A stretch of DNA of 64,000 nucleotides. Source: Gemmatimonadales bacterium. GTDB lineage: Bacteria; Gemmatimonadota; Gemmatimonadetes; Gemmatimonadales; GWC2-71-9. The notes under the pieces were generated by a model, which had not been told where the DNA came from, made no database searches, and saw only the letters and a program-made list of their open reading frames with translations. Every line of letters begins with the position of its first letter. Positions within the stretch are counted from its first letter, which is position 1. Location: contig JBFJHJ010000014.1 of the NCBI GenBank assembly GCA_041613315.1, positions 1 through 64,000 of the forward strand, written 5' to 3'. Position numbers and translations under genes: made by a program. Positions 55,189-64,000 of this stretch are shown one piece after another.

Positions 55189-56877
55189 GTGGAACGCAGG
55201 AACCGGCGAGCGCTGCAGAGCTGGGGGACCGTCCTGGCCCTGGGACTCTGGATGCCCGTGACCGCGGCGAGTCAGGTGGCCGAGGTGGTGCTCGTGAGTG
55301 GGCGGGTCTGGACTGGTTCCGCTCCGGGAAAGGGGGTGCGGGCGCCCAGCGCCGTCGCGGTGGCAGGAGGGCGGATCGTGGCGGTCGGGCCGGATCGGGA
55401 GATTCTCCGCCTGGCCGGTCCCCGCACCGAGCGCATCGCGCTCGGCGGCCGGCTCGTCGTGCCGGGGTTCATGGACAACCACACCCACTTCATCGATGGC
55501 GGATTCGAGCTGGCGTCGGTGCAGCTCCGCGACGCCGCGACGCCGGAGGAGTTCGCACGCCGGATCGGCGCATTCGCCCGAGCCCACCCGGGCACCTGGA
55601 TCACGGGAGGCCAGTGGGACCATGAACTGTGGGGTGGAGAGCTGCCCCGCCGGGCGTGGATCGATTCGCTTACGCCGGACACGCCGGTCTTCGTCACGCG
55701 CCTGGACGGGCACATGTCGCTTGCCAACTCGCGGGCGCTCGAGCTTGCGGGCGTCACGCGGGAGATCCCGGACCCGCCGGGCGGCACGATCGTGCGTCTG
55801 CCGGACGGCCAGCCGGCCGGCGTGCTCAAGGACGCGGCGCAGGCACTGGTCTTTCGAGTGATGCCCGAGCCAACCGCGGCGGAGCTGGACGAGGCGCTGG
55901 ATGCGGCCGTCGCGCACGCCGTGGCTCGGGGCGTCACGCTCATCACGGACATGGGTTCCTGGGCGGGGCTCGAGACCTATCGCCGCGCCCGGCGGGACGG
56001 ACGGCTGCTGGTCCGGGTATACGCGGTGGTCCCGATGCGCACGTGGGGGGACCTCACCGAGTACGTCCGTCGGGAGGGCCGTGGTGACGCCCGGCTGTTT
56101 TGGGGTGGGGTGAAAGCCTTCGTGGACGGGTCGCTCGGCTCGACCACGGCCTGGTTCTACGATCCCTACGACGACGCGCCGACGAACCATGGGCTCGTCG
56201 TCACCGACACGGCCGTGCTCCGGCGCGACATCGTGGCGGCCGATGCGGCGGGGCTCCAGGTGATCGTGCACGCCATCGGCGATCGGGCCAACGACTGGTT
56301 GCTCGACGCGTTCGCGGACGCGCGGGCGGCGAACGGCCCGCGGGATCGTCGGTTCCGCATCGAGCATGCCCAGCATCTCCGGCCCGAGACGATCCGGCGG
56401 ATCGCCGCGGATGGGGTGATCCCCTCGATGCAGCCATATCACGCGATCGACGACGGTCGCTGGGCGGAGAAGCGGATCGGGCCGAGGCGCGTCACGACGA
56501 CGTACGCGTTCCGCGACCTGCTGGACGCCCAGGCCCGGCTCACGTTCGGGAGTGACTGGACCGTGGCCCCGCTGGATCCGCTCTTGGGCATCTACGCCGC
56601 CGTGACCCGGCGCACGATCGACGGCGCCACGCCGGACGGCTGGGTACCCGAACAGAAGATCACGGTCGATGAGGCGGTGACCGCGTACACGGCCGCGAAC
56701 GCGTACGCGAGCTATCTCGAAGGCGTCGTCGGGACGATCGAGGCGGGGAAGTACGCGGACTTGGTCGTGCTGTCGGACGACCTCTTCACGATCGACCCGG
56801 TCGCCGTCCAGCGGGTCCGGGTGGACCTCACGATGGTCGAGGGGACCATCGTGTATCGCCGCGAGGCGAGAGACTGA
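55189..56877 (+). CDS. Amidohydrolase (YtcJ-like, amidohydro_3)
   Basis: PGFMDNHTH, HAIGD, RIEHAQ, FGSDW and GKYADLVVL. Confidence 0.9.
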   Translation: MERRNRRALQSWGTVLALGLWMPVTAASQVAEVVLVSGRVWTGSAPGKGVRAPSAVAVAGGRIVAVGPDREILRLAGPRTERIALGGRLVVPGFMDNHTHFIDGGFELASVQLRDAATPEEFARRIGAFARAHPGTWITGGQWDHELWGGELPRRAWIDSLTPDTPVFVTRLDGHMSLANSRALELAGVTREIPDPPGGTIVRLPDGQPAGVLKDAAQALVFRVMPEPTAAELDEALDAAVAHAVARGVTLITDMGSWAGLETYRRARRDGRLLVRVYAVVPMRTWGDLTEYVRREGRGDARLFWGGVKAFVDGSLGSTTAWFYDPYDDAPTNHGLVVTDTAVLRRDIVAADAAGLQVIVHAIGDRANDWLLDAFADARAANGPRDRRFRIEHAQHLRPETIRRIAADGVIPSMQPYHAIDDGRWAEKRIGPRRVTTTYAFRDLLDAQARLTFGSDWTVAPLDPLLGIYAAVTRRTIDGATPDGWVPEQKITVDEAVTAYTAANAYASYLEGVVGTIEAGKYADLVVLSDDLFTIDPVAVQRVRVDLTMVEGTIVYRREARD

Positions 56878-57029
56878 AGCTCAGCCGCATGACGTGTGGT
56901 CGAGCGTTGCGCCCGAAGTGACGCGGGGCACAGCGGGGCGCCCCATCTAGTTGTATTGACTGGGCTTACGAGACTTCTACCGAGCATGCTCACGCGCGTA
57001 CCCTCCCGCCCCCGGCCGGAGCATCGGCC

Positions 57030-58256
57030 GTGCTGATTCCCCGGATCGACCTGGCCGGTGGGAGCGTTGTGCGCCTCACCCCCGACGGCGAGGCCGTTCC
57101 GACGTCCGACCGCGACCCGGCCGAGCTCGCCCGCGAGTTGGGGCGCGTCGGTGAGGTGGCGGTCATCGACGTGGACGCGGCCCGGGGCGAGGGCGACAAC
57201 CTCGTGCTGCTCGAGGAGCTGTGCGGGGTCACGCCCTGTCGCGTGGGGGGCGGGATTCGAGACCTGGAGCGCGCCCGCCGGCTTCTCCGGGCGGGGGCCC
57301 GCCGGCTCATCATTGGCACCGAGGCCAAGCCCGCGCTCCTGGCGAAGCTCCCCCGGTGGCGCGTCCTGGCGGCCGTGGATGTGCGGCGCGGCAACCTGTT
57401 GAGCAATGGCCGGCGGACGGCGGGTGGCGAGTCGCCGCTCGAGCGCGCCAAGCGCCTGGCCCCCTACGTCGCCGGCGTCGTCTACACGAGCGTGGAGCGG
57501 GACGGGACGGAGCAGGGGCCGGACCTCGACGGTATCCGCGCGGTGGCGCGCGGGGTGAAAGTTCCGGTGATCGCATCCGGTGGCATCACGACCGTGGACG
57601 AGGTCGTCGCGCTCGACGGGATCGGCGTGGACGCGCAGGTGCCCGCGCCCACGCTGCAGCGGCAGCTGTCGCCGGCCGAATGCGTCGCCGCGCTCGTGAA
57701 ATTCGCCGGTGATGGCGGCCCCGTTCCCACCGTCGTGCAGGACGCCGGGGACGGCCGCGTCCTCCTGGTCGCCGGCTCGACCTGGGAGACGCTCACCGAG
57801 ACTCTCGACGGGGATGGCGTGGTCGTGCACGTCCGGGGCAAGGGGCGGTGGCGGGTGGGCCAGGACTCCGGTCATCTGATGAAGCTGGTCCGGGTGGAAC
57901 TGGACTGTGACCGCGACGCGGTGATCATCCACGCCGTCCCCACCGGCCCCGTCTGCCGGCATCCTGGCGATTCGTGTTTCGGCGATCGGACCTTTTCGCT
58001 GGGAGAGCTCGAGCGGATCATCGACGAGCGGTCGGCCGCGCCCGACCAGTCCAGCTACACGCGGCGGCTCACCGAGGACGTGATTGAGCGGCGCGCCAAG
58101 ATCCTGGAAGAAGCCCACGAGCTGGTCGACGCTCGGCGGCCCGAGGAGGTGCGGTGGGAAGCGGCCGACCTCCTGTTCCACGTGCTGGTGGACCTGCGAG
58201 CCCGGGGGCTGGGCATCGCAGACGTGCTGGCGGAGCTGGAGGCGAGGCGCAAGTGA
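57030..58256 (+). CDS. Fusion of a HisA-like TIM barrel, divergent HisI and HisE
   Basis: IPRIDL, VIDVDAA, VGGGIR, RDGT and IASGGI; DCDRD...SCF; SYT..L, KILEEA.E and EAADLLFH. Confidence 0.82.
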   Translation: MLIPRIDLAGGSVVRLTPDGEAVPTSDRDPAELARELGRVGEVAVIDVDAARGEGDNLVLLEELCGVTPCRVGGGIRDLERARRLLRAGARRLIIGTEAKPALLAKLPRWRVLAAVDVRRGNLLSNGRRTAGGESPLERAKRLAPYVAGVVYTSVERDGTEQGPDLDGIRAVARGVKVPVIASGGITTVDEVVALDGIGVDAQVPAPTLQRQLSPAECVAALVKFAGDGGPVPTVVQDAGDGRVLLVAGSTWETLTETLDGDGVVVHVRGKGRWRVGQDSGHLMKLVRVELDCDRDAVIIHAVPTGPVCRHPGDSCFGDRTFSLGELERIIDERSAAPDQSSYTRRLTEDVIERRAKILEEAHELVDARRPEEVRWEAADLLFHVLVDLRARGLGIADVLAELEARRK

Positions 58257-58330
58257 CGAAGGGTGAGGAGTGAAGGGTGAAGGGTGAGGGTGAAAAGTGA
58301 AAAGTGAAAGGTGAAAGGTGACGAGTGACG
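58253..58330. repeat. Heptameric GTGANNN tandem repeat (11 GTGA units)
   Basis: gtgagga gtgaagg gtgaagg gtgagg gtgaaaa gtgaaaa gtgaaag gtgaaag gtgacga. Confidence 0.85.
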
Positions 58331-58360
58331 CGCCCGCGCGCCGCTTGTTTCCGTCTCAAC

Positions 58361-59458
58361 TCAGTCTCTCCCGCGCCAGATCTTCCAGCGGTCCACCACC
58401 TGGTCCCCCCGCACCACGACATACTCGTCGAAGCACGCGACAGTGAGGCACGAATGGTTCGGGAGGATCCGCACGAGGGTTCCCACCGGGAGCCGCGCGT
58501 TCACGATCCCATGCTCCTGGCTGAGGGCGGTGAGCCGGATGTCCGACCGGAGCGTTCCCGCTCGGTAGTTCTCGGAGATCGTTCCCATGGTGTGGCGGTC
58601 GCCGTCGCCGCGACCGGCATCTTTCGAGAGCGCGAGGGCGCCCGCATCCACCACGGCGTGGCGGCTTCCGGGTGGTGAGGAGACCACGCTCGCCAGCACG
58701 GTGACCGCGCAGTCGGCCGGCGTGCAGCTTCCGAGCTGCACCTGGCCGTAGTCGTAGAAGACGTAGTTCCCCGGGCGGGCTTCCGTGACCCCCTTCAGGT
58801 GCTCCACGGCGCACAACGCCGGCGTCGATCCGACGCTCACCTCGGGCACCGTCACGCCGGCGCTCCGGAGCCGCTCGGCGAACCGCACCATCACGTCCCG
58901 TTCCTGAGCCGCTGCCCCCGCGATCTCCGCCCGCGTGCGTCCGTGGTAGGCATGGCCCGAATGGGTGAGAATCCCGTCGAAGTGGAGGGTATGGGAGGCG
59001 GCGAGGGCCTGGGCGAGCGCGAGCGCATCGGGGGTCTCCGGGTCGACGCCCGCGCGGTGATAGCCGCAGTCCACCTTGAGCCAGACGTGGAACGGATCGC
59101 CGGTGCCCTCGACGGCCGCCGCCGCCTCAGGCGAGTCGACGACCAGCCGGAGCGTCACCCACGCCGCCAGGGCCCGGGCTTCGCTCAGCCGGCTCAGGAT
59201 CACCGGAAACGCCCAGGTCAGGTCGTCGAACCCGCGCTCGGCGAATGCTCGAGCTTCGTAGAGGGTGGAGACGGTGAGGCCGCGCGCGCCCAGGGCGCGC
59301 TGCCGTTCGCCGATCTCGATGCACTTGTGGGTCTTCACGTGCGGGCGCGCCGCCACACCGAAGCGCCGCAGGCGTTCGGTCATGTGCGCGAGGTTCGCCT
59401 CCACCACGTCGAGGTCGAGCAGCAACGCCGGCGTCGGGAGGTCGGCGATCGTCGGCAC
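58361..59458 (-). CDS. Fold-type III PLP enzyme (D-threonine aldolase / D-serine dehydratase family)
   Basis: TPALLLD, RPHVKTHK, GSTP, RPGNYVFYD, SQEHG and PNHSC. Confidence 0.9.
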   Translation of the reverse strand: MPTIADLPTPALLLDLDVVEANLAHMTERLRRFGVAARPHVKTHKCIEIGERQRALGARGLTVSTLYEARAFAERGFDDLTWAFPVILSRLSEARALAAWVTLRLVVDSPEAAAAVEGTGDPFHVWLKVDCGYHRAGVDPETPDALALAQALAASHTLHFDGILTHSGHAYHGRTRAEIAGAAAQERDVMVRFAERLRSAGVTVPEVSVGSTPALCAVEHLKGVTEARPGNYVFYDYGQVQLGSCTPADCAVTVLASVVSSPPGSRHAVVDAGALALSKDAGRGDGDRHTMGTISENYRAGTLRSDIRLTALSQEHGIVNARLPVGTLVRILPNHSCLTVACFDEYVVVRGDQVVDRWKIWRGRD

Positions 59459-59468
59459 GGCCGGCGGC

Positions 59469-61643
59469 TTATCGCCCTTGGCCGAGGAGCTCGTTCACGA
59501 TCCGGGTGGCGCCGTACACGTGGCGCAGCGCCTCGAGGATCGCGGCGGCGTGCACCGAGACCGCCCGCGCCGTCTCGGTGGTGTAGATGAAGTCGCCCGG
59601 TAGGCTCTCGACGTTCCCGTCGAAGATCAGCCCCACGATTTCTCGGTCGGTATTGATCAGGGGGCTCCCCGAGTTCCCGCCGATGATGTCGTTGGTCGAG
59701 ACGAGGTTGAGCGGCGTGCTCAAGTCGAACCCGCGCGGCGGCGTGCGCCACTGCTCGGGGAGGGCCCACTCTTCTTCGCCACGGTGCGAGTAGTGCCGAT
59801 CGTACAGCCCGTAGAACGTGGTGAACGCCGGCGCGCTGGTGCCGTTGTACTCGTAGCCCGCCACCATGCCGTCGGCGATCCGCAGCGTGAACGTGGCGTC
59901 GGGCGGGATGGCCGTGCCGTAGACGTCGAACAGTGCCCGGGCGAGCCGGGCGGTGCGCGCCTCCTCCGCGCTCTGGAGCTGGCGGATCTGCGACAGCAGT
60001 TCGCGCAGGCGCGGAAGCGCGTCCCGCATGAGCCGGAGCGCGGGATCGGTGCTGCTCATGATGTCCGACGGATTCGCCAGGAGCGCCGCGCGTCGCGCCC
60101 GGTCCGTGACGGCGGCCGACCCAATCACGACGGTGCGCGCCGCGACCGCAGGCGAGCGGCCCGCCAACGCCTGGCGCACGAAGGGGTCGGCGTCGCCGAG
60201 GAGCTCGGCCGCCTCGCCCAGCTGCGCCGCCAGGATTTCCGCGTCGAGTGCGGGGTCGATCGTGGCGGCCTCGAGCTCCTGTCGGAACTCCCGCAGCAGG
60301 CTGTCCGGGGCTTGGCCCGACAGCGCCGCCTGCGCGTACTGGATCATCGACGCCGCGGTCTCGAACGTCTGGGAGCGGAGCAGGCCCCCCTGGTTGAGGC
60401 CGTTGAGCCGCGGGGCGATCTGGGCGATCTGCCGGCGGATATCGGCGATCTCGTCCCACAGCCCCCCGTATTGGCGCGCAAGGCCGGGGTCGCGCTGCAC
60501 CGCTCCCCGGAACTGGCGCTCGAAGCCGACCTTCCGTCCCATCAGCTCCGGAGTGCGCAGGCCACGCAGCTCGCCGCTGAACGCCTTGAGGGCATTCGTG
60601 AGGCTGAAGTAGTCGTTGATGTGCGTGGATCGGCTCTCGGGGTGCTGGCGCATGTACTCCTGGAGGATCGTGGCACGGCTTCCGATCAGCCGGATGGTGA
60701 ACGGATACTGGACGTCGCGCTTGTACTCGAGCTGGGCCACCGTGTTCAGGCGGGAGGTCGAACCGGGGTTGCCGATCACGAATACCGGATCGCCCTCTTT
60801 CGCCCCGGTGCGGCTCCAGCGGAAGTACGACTGCGGCCGGAGCGGCTGGTCGTTCGCGTCGTACACCCGGAAGAACGACACATCGAAGGCGTAGCGCGGA
60901 TAGGTGAAGTTGTCCGGATCGCCGCCAAAGAAGCCCATCTGGAGCTCCGGCACGAACACGAGGCGAACGTCGTCATACCGCCGGTAGCAGTACAGCGAGT
61001 GCCGGCCGCCGTGGTAGAGCGTGGTGACGTCGCATGAGAGTCCCAGCGCGCTGCCGGCCGAGTCGGCGATCGCCTCGATGCGCTGTTGGCGGGCGGCCTG
61101 CTGGGTGGCTTCGTCGGCGGCCGCCGGCGCGGCCGCGTCCACGAGCGGCGTCACGTCCCGCAGCTCGACGAGCTGGTCGATGTAGAGGTCCGGCACCCGG
61201 CGCTCGTCCGACCGCTGGGCGGCGAAGAACCCGCGGTTGAGGAGATCTTCCCCTTCGCGTGTCACCGCCGTGGCGCCCTCGCGCGCGCAATGATGATTGC
61301 TCATGACGAGCCCGTCGGACGAGACGAAGCTGGCGGTGCAGTTCGGGAGCCGCAGCGCGGCCAGCCGGGCCTGCGTCAGCCATTCCTGCGTCGGTCGGAA
61401 GCCGTACGCCTCCTGGAAATACTCCAGCGGTGGGTTCTCGAAGGTCCACATCTTGCCGGTGTCGAACCGGCCCGGCTCGACCGCCGGGGTCCGGGAGACG
61501 CCGCGCTCGACCACCACCGTCTCGGGCACGACGGCGACCGGCGTCGGCATGACGGCGGGCGGCGGCGCGCCGCCCGAGCCGCAGGCGGTGGCGAACAGGA
61601 CCAACGTGGCAAGGATGGATGGGGCGCGTACGTGGACGCTCAT
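59469..61643 (-). CDS. S46-family dipeptidyl peptidase lipoprotein
   Basis: GKMWT, SNHHC, GGDPDNF, DIIGGNSGSP and FDGN. Confidence 0.92.
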   Translation of the reverse strand: MSVHVRAPSILATLVLFATACGSGGAPPPAVMPTPVAVVPETVVVERGVSRTPAVEPGRFDTGKMWTFENPPLEYFQEAYGFRPTQEWLTQARLAALRLPNCTASFVSSDGLVMSNHHCAREGATAVTREGEDLLNRGFFAAQRSDERRVPDLYIDQLVELRDVTPLVDAAAPAAADEATQQAARQQRIEAIADSAGSALGLSCDVTTLYHGGRHSLYCYRRYDDVRLVFVPELQMGFFGGDPDNFTYPRYAFDVSFFRVYDANDQPLRPQSYFRWSRTGAKEGDPVFVIGNPGSTSRLNTVAQLEYKRDVQYPFTIRLIGSRATILQEYMRQHPESRSTHINDYFSLTNALKAFSGELRGLRTPELMGRKVGFERQFRGAVQRDPGLARQYGGLWDEIADIRRQIAQIAPRLNGLNQGGLLRSQTFETAASMIQYAQAALSGQAPDSLLREFRQELEAATIDPALDAEILAAQLGEAAELLGDADPFVRQALAGRSPAVAARTVVIGSAAVTDRARRAALLANPSDIMSSTDPALRLMRDALPRLRELLSQIRQLQSAEEARTARLARALFDVYGTAIPPDATFTLRIADGMVAGYEYNGTSAPAFTTFYGLYDRHYSHRGEEEWALPEQWRTPPRGFDLSTPLNLVSTNDIIGGNSGSPLINTDREIVGLIFDGNVESLPGDFIYTTETARAVSVHAAAILEALRHVYGATRIVNELLGQGR

Positions 61644-61795
61644 CGGATGCCTCGGCGAGGGTGGGATACCACGGGACCGGATACGAACTCTACTGCCGGG
61701 TGGCGGGCGAGGCCACCGACTCGCAGGGAAACGCCCCGCCGCGCGGTGCGCGGCGGGGCGGGGGGTGGAGAACGGGACGGAGTCGCCGGTGGCGG

Positions 61796-62458
61796 CTACG
61801 GCCGGGCCCGGATGACCGGCGATAGCATCACCTTGCCGCTGCCCGTCGCCGTCACGTTCTGGAAGGTCGCGCCCACGTCGAACAAGAGATGCACCTCGGC
61901 ACCTCCCTCGACGGTGAACGTGACGTCGGTCTTGATACCGGACTGGGCCGCCGACGGGCTGGTCACCGGGTGGCCGGGGTCGCCGGCGGCGAATGTGCTC
62001 TGGCCGACGACGATGTCGCGGCTGAAGACGATCGTCGGGACGAGCGCCGCCTCGTCGCTCAGGAACAGGCGAACCCGCCGGTAGTTCCCATCCGCGACGC
62101 CGCCGGACGCGATCACCAAGGGGGACTCGCCCTCGGTGGGGAGGGCCAGCAGATCGATGCGCGCGGGCTGGTCGAACGCGAGCGCCTCCCACGGTGGGTC
62201 GGGGTCGTCCGGCGTGGCGGCCGGCAGAAACTCGATCGCCGTGACGTGCACGATGAGCGACGTGATGTCGTCGCGGCTCAGCTTGCCCAGCGTCGCCGTT
62301 CCCTCGCCCGCGACGGCTGCGGCCGCCGCGGCCGGCGACGTCTGCTGCATGGTCACACGGACCGGCCCCGACCGCGCGGACGTCACCCCGTCCGCGCAGG
62401 CACCGACCGCGAGCGCGGCCACGGCCGCCCCAGTCATTCTGATGAAGCGTGTATGCAT
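61796..62458 (-). CDS. DUF4382 lipoprotein
   Basis: Lipobox VGAC; IDLLAL, G.Y..VRL, PSAAQSGIK, FD and GSGKVMLSPVIR. Confidence 0.8.
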   Translation of the reverse strand: MHTRFIRMTGAAVAALAVGACADGVTSARSGPVRVTMQQTSPAAAAAAVAGEGTATLGKLSRDDITSLIVHVTAIEFLPAATPDDPDPPWEALAFDQPARIDLLALPTEGESPLVIASGGVADGNYRRVRLFLSDEAALVPTIVFSRDIVVGQSTFAAGDPGHPVTSPSAAQSGIKTDVTFTVEGGAEVHLLFDVGATFQNVTATGSGKVMLSPVIRARP

Positions 62459-62572
62459 GATTTCACTCCGTTGGAGGGTCGCGCGGAGGATACTCTCGTC
62501 CGAACATTTCCCGGCCCCACCGCGGGGCGCAGCACGCTACAGGCACCGCCCGCAGCCGCGAGGTCACGCGCG

Positions 62573-63940
62573 TCACCGAACGAGATGGAACTCCGACTGC
62601 CGTCGATGGACCCATCGCATCGTCCCGGCGGGAGTCAGCTCGGCCTCCTCCTCGAGCGCCATGCGCACCCGCTGTCCGTCCCACTCCGGCACCGGGGTCG
62701 TGGCCTGGAGCTCGATGGAGTGCCAGGTGCCGGCGCGGATCGGCACGTCGCCCCGTCCCGGCACGCCGTCCTGGCGATCCCACAGGCCGATGAGCGGGCC
62801 CGCCCCATGCCCGTGGTCGCCGATCGGGTGGGTGTAGATCGTCCCGTCGATCCCCTCGGCGCGCATCCGCGCCTGGGCGGCGAACAGGATCTCGTTCCCC
62901 GTGCGGCCGGGTCGCATCTCCGCGAGCAGGATGTCTTGGAGCCGGTTGGAGTTCCGCAGAGCGCGCTTCAGACCTTCGGGAACATCGGTCTCGCCGTCCC
63001 GGAGCACGTAACCCATGTGTTGCGTGTCGGTGTTCAGCCCCAGCGCGGTGATGCCGAAGTCACAGTGCAGCACGTCGCCCCGCAGGATGACCGGCTGCGT
63101 CGAGTCTGCCATTTCCACACCGCGCCGCTGGATCGAGACGGACGGCTGGAACCACGTGCCCAGCCCCAGATCGTTCACGCGCTGGCGGAACCACCAGACG
63201 ACGTCGCCGGTGGTCGTGACGCCGGGTGTGATCACCCGGTTGGAGAACGCCGTCCCGATGATCGTGTGCACGAGCCGTTCCATCTCGCGGTACACGGAAT
63301 CCATCGCCTCGACGTGGATCGCCAGGTAGTCCACCGCCAGCTCCTCGGCCCGGACCACCCGCTCCCGCAGCGCGGGCCCGAGGGCGGCTTGCAGCTGCTC
63401 CCACTCGCCCGCCGTCAGACCGTCCGCGAAGTTGTGGGTGTGCGAGATATTGACCGCGATGCGCCGCGGGTCCCGCTCCTGAATCACCCGCGCCACCAGC
63501 TGCCACTGCGACGGGCCCCACAGCTCCCGGGGGCGTCCGTCAGGGGCGTGCTCCGTCTCCCGCACGGCGGCGTACAGGCCGCCCTGCGACGTTCCCCCCA
63601 ACGCGATGCGCTCCACTCCCTGCTCCGGCCCACGGTCGAAGAACACGTAGACCGTGCGACGCCGCGCCGCGAAGGTCGTGGGCGAGACCAACGCGCGGAA
63701 CACCGGGTCCTCGTTGTACTCCCGCATCGGGAGCACCCACAGGTCGATCCCGCGCTCCCGCATGAGGCGCGGCAAGACCGTCTCCAGACGCTCGGCGAGC
63801 CAGCTCTGCCGGAGGGCGGCCTGCTCCCGAAGCGTGCCGAAGGGGCGCTCGGGCGCCGGAGCTTGTGCGCGAGTCGGGTCGGGCACCGTGAGGACGGCGA
63901 GGACTGCGAGCGGTACGAACAGCCGGGCGCGTCGGATCAT
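62573..63940 (-). CDS. M24-family (Xaa-Pro) metallopeptidase
   Basis: HCDFGI, TDTQ, THPIGDHGHG, SIEL and LEEE; signal peptide. Confidence 0.88.
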   Translation of the reverse strand: MIRRARLFVPLAVLAVLTVPDPTRAQAPAPERPFGTLREQAALRQSWLAERLETVLPRLMRERGIDLWVLPMREYNEDPVFRALVSPTTFAARRRTVYVFFDRGPEQGVERIALGGTSQGGLYAAVRETEHAPDGRPRELWGPSQWQLVARVIQERDPRRIAVNISHTHNFADGLTAGEWEQLQAALGPALRERVVRAEELAVDYLAIHVEAMDSVYREMERLVHTIIGTAFSNRVITPGVTTTGDVVWWFRQRVNDLGLGTWFQPSVSIQRRGVEMADSTQPVILRGDVLHCDFGITALGLNTDTQHMGYVLRDGETDVPEGLKRALRNSNRLQDILLAEMRPGRTGNEILFAAQARMRAEGIDGTIYTHPIGDHGHGAGPLIGLWDRQDGVPGRGDVPIRAGTWHSIELQATTPVPEWDGQRVRMALEEEAELTPAGTMRWVHRRQSEFHLVR

Positions 63941-64000
63941 GGAATTGGGATGGGTGAGGGTGAATGCGTGCCCGCGTCGCGGGCAGAGGGATTCCCGCGT

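Noticed and set aside
58253..58330. CRISPR array
   Set aside because: 7-bp units with no spacers, and no cas genes
61644..62192. Extended N-terminus of the S46 ORF in the track
   Set aside because: Overlaps the DUF4382 gene in another frame; the signal peptide begins at 61643
62460..62572. Sigma54 promoter for the distal DUF4382 gene
   Set aside because: No correctly spaced GG-N10-GC with consensus context found

Overview
GC-rich bacterial chromosomal segment. Gene content and the GGCGGWCR repeats suggest Gemmatimonadota (inference only). It carries about 60 CDSs and one tRNA-Lys(UUU); no transposase, integrase, rRNA or CRISPR array was seen. Housekeeping blocks: PiT phosphate uptake, purine nucleoside salvage (add, NupC, PNP), thiD/TrmH/prepilin peptidase, ffh-rpsP-rimM-trmD-rplS-rnhB, moaC-holB and several peptidases. 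Main items of interest: (1) a five-gene RiPP-like operon at 41.9-45.5 kb (HPr-kinase-like enzyme, nucleotidyltransferase, PqqD/RRE, a PRMT-fold methyltransferase with an RRE-like tail, and a 78-aa Tat-motif/YxxP precursor-like peptide) with no lasso cyclase or protease; (2) a candidate sigma54 regulon with a pseudo-receiver activator, a TPR partner and five -24/-12 promoters before paralogous lipoproteins, a serpin and a secreted protein; (3) an 8-bp-unit palindromic repeat inserted in frame in ffh; (4) an ECF-sigma/HEAT-repeat chimera, a PhoB-like remnant, an orphan HisA-HisI-HisE fusion and a histone-like SWIB protein. All family assignments come from motif recognition by eye, with no database searches.
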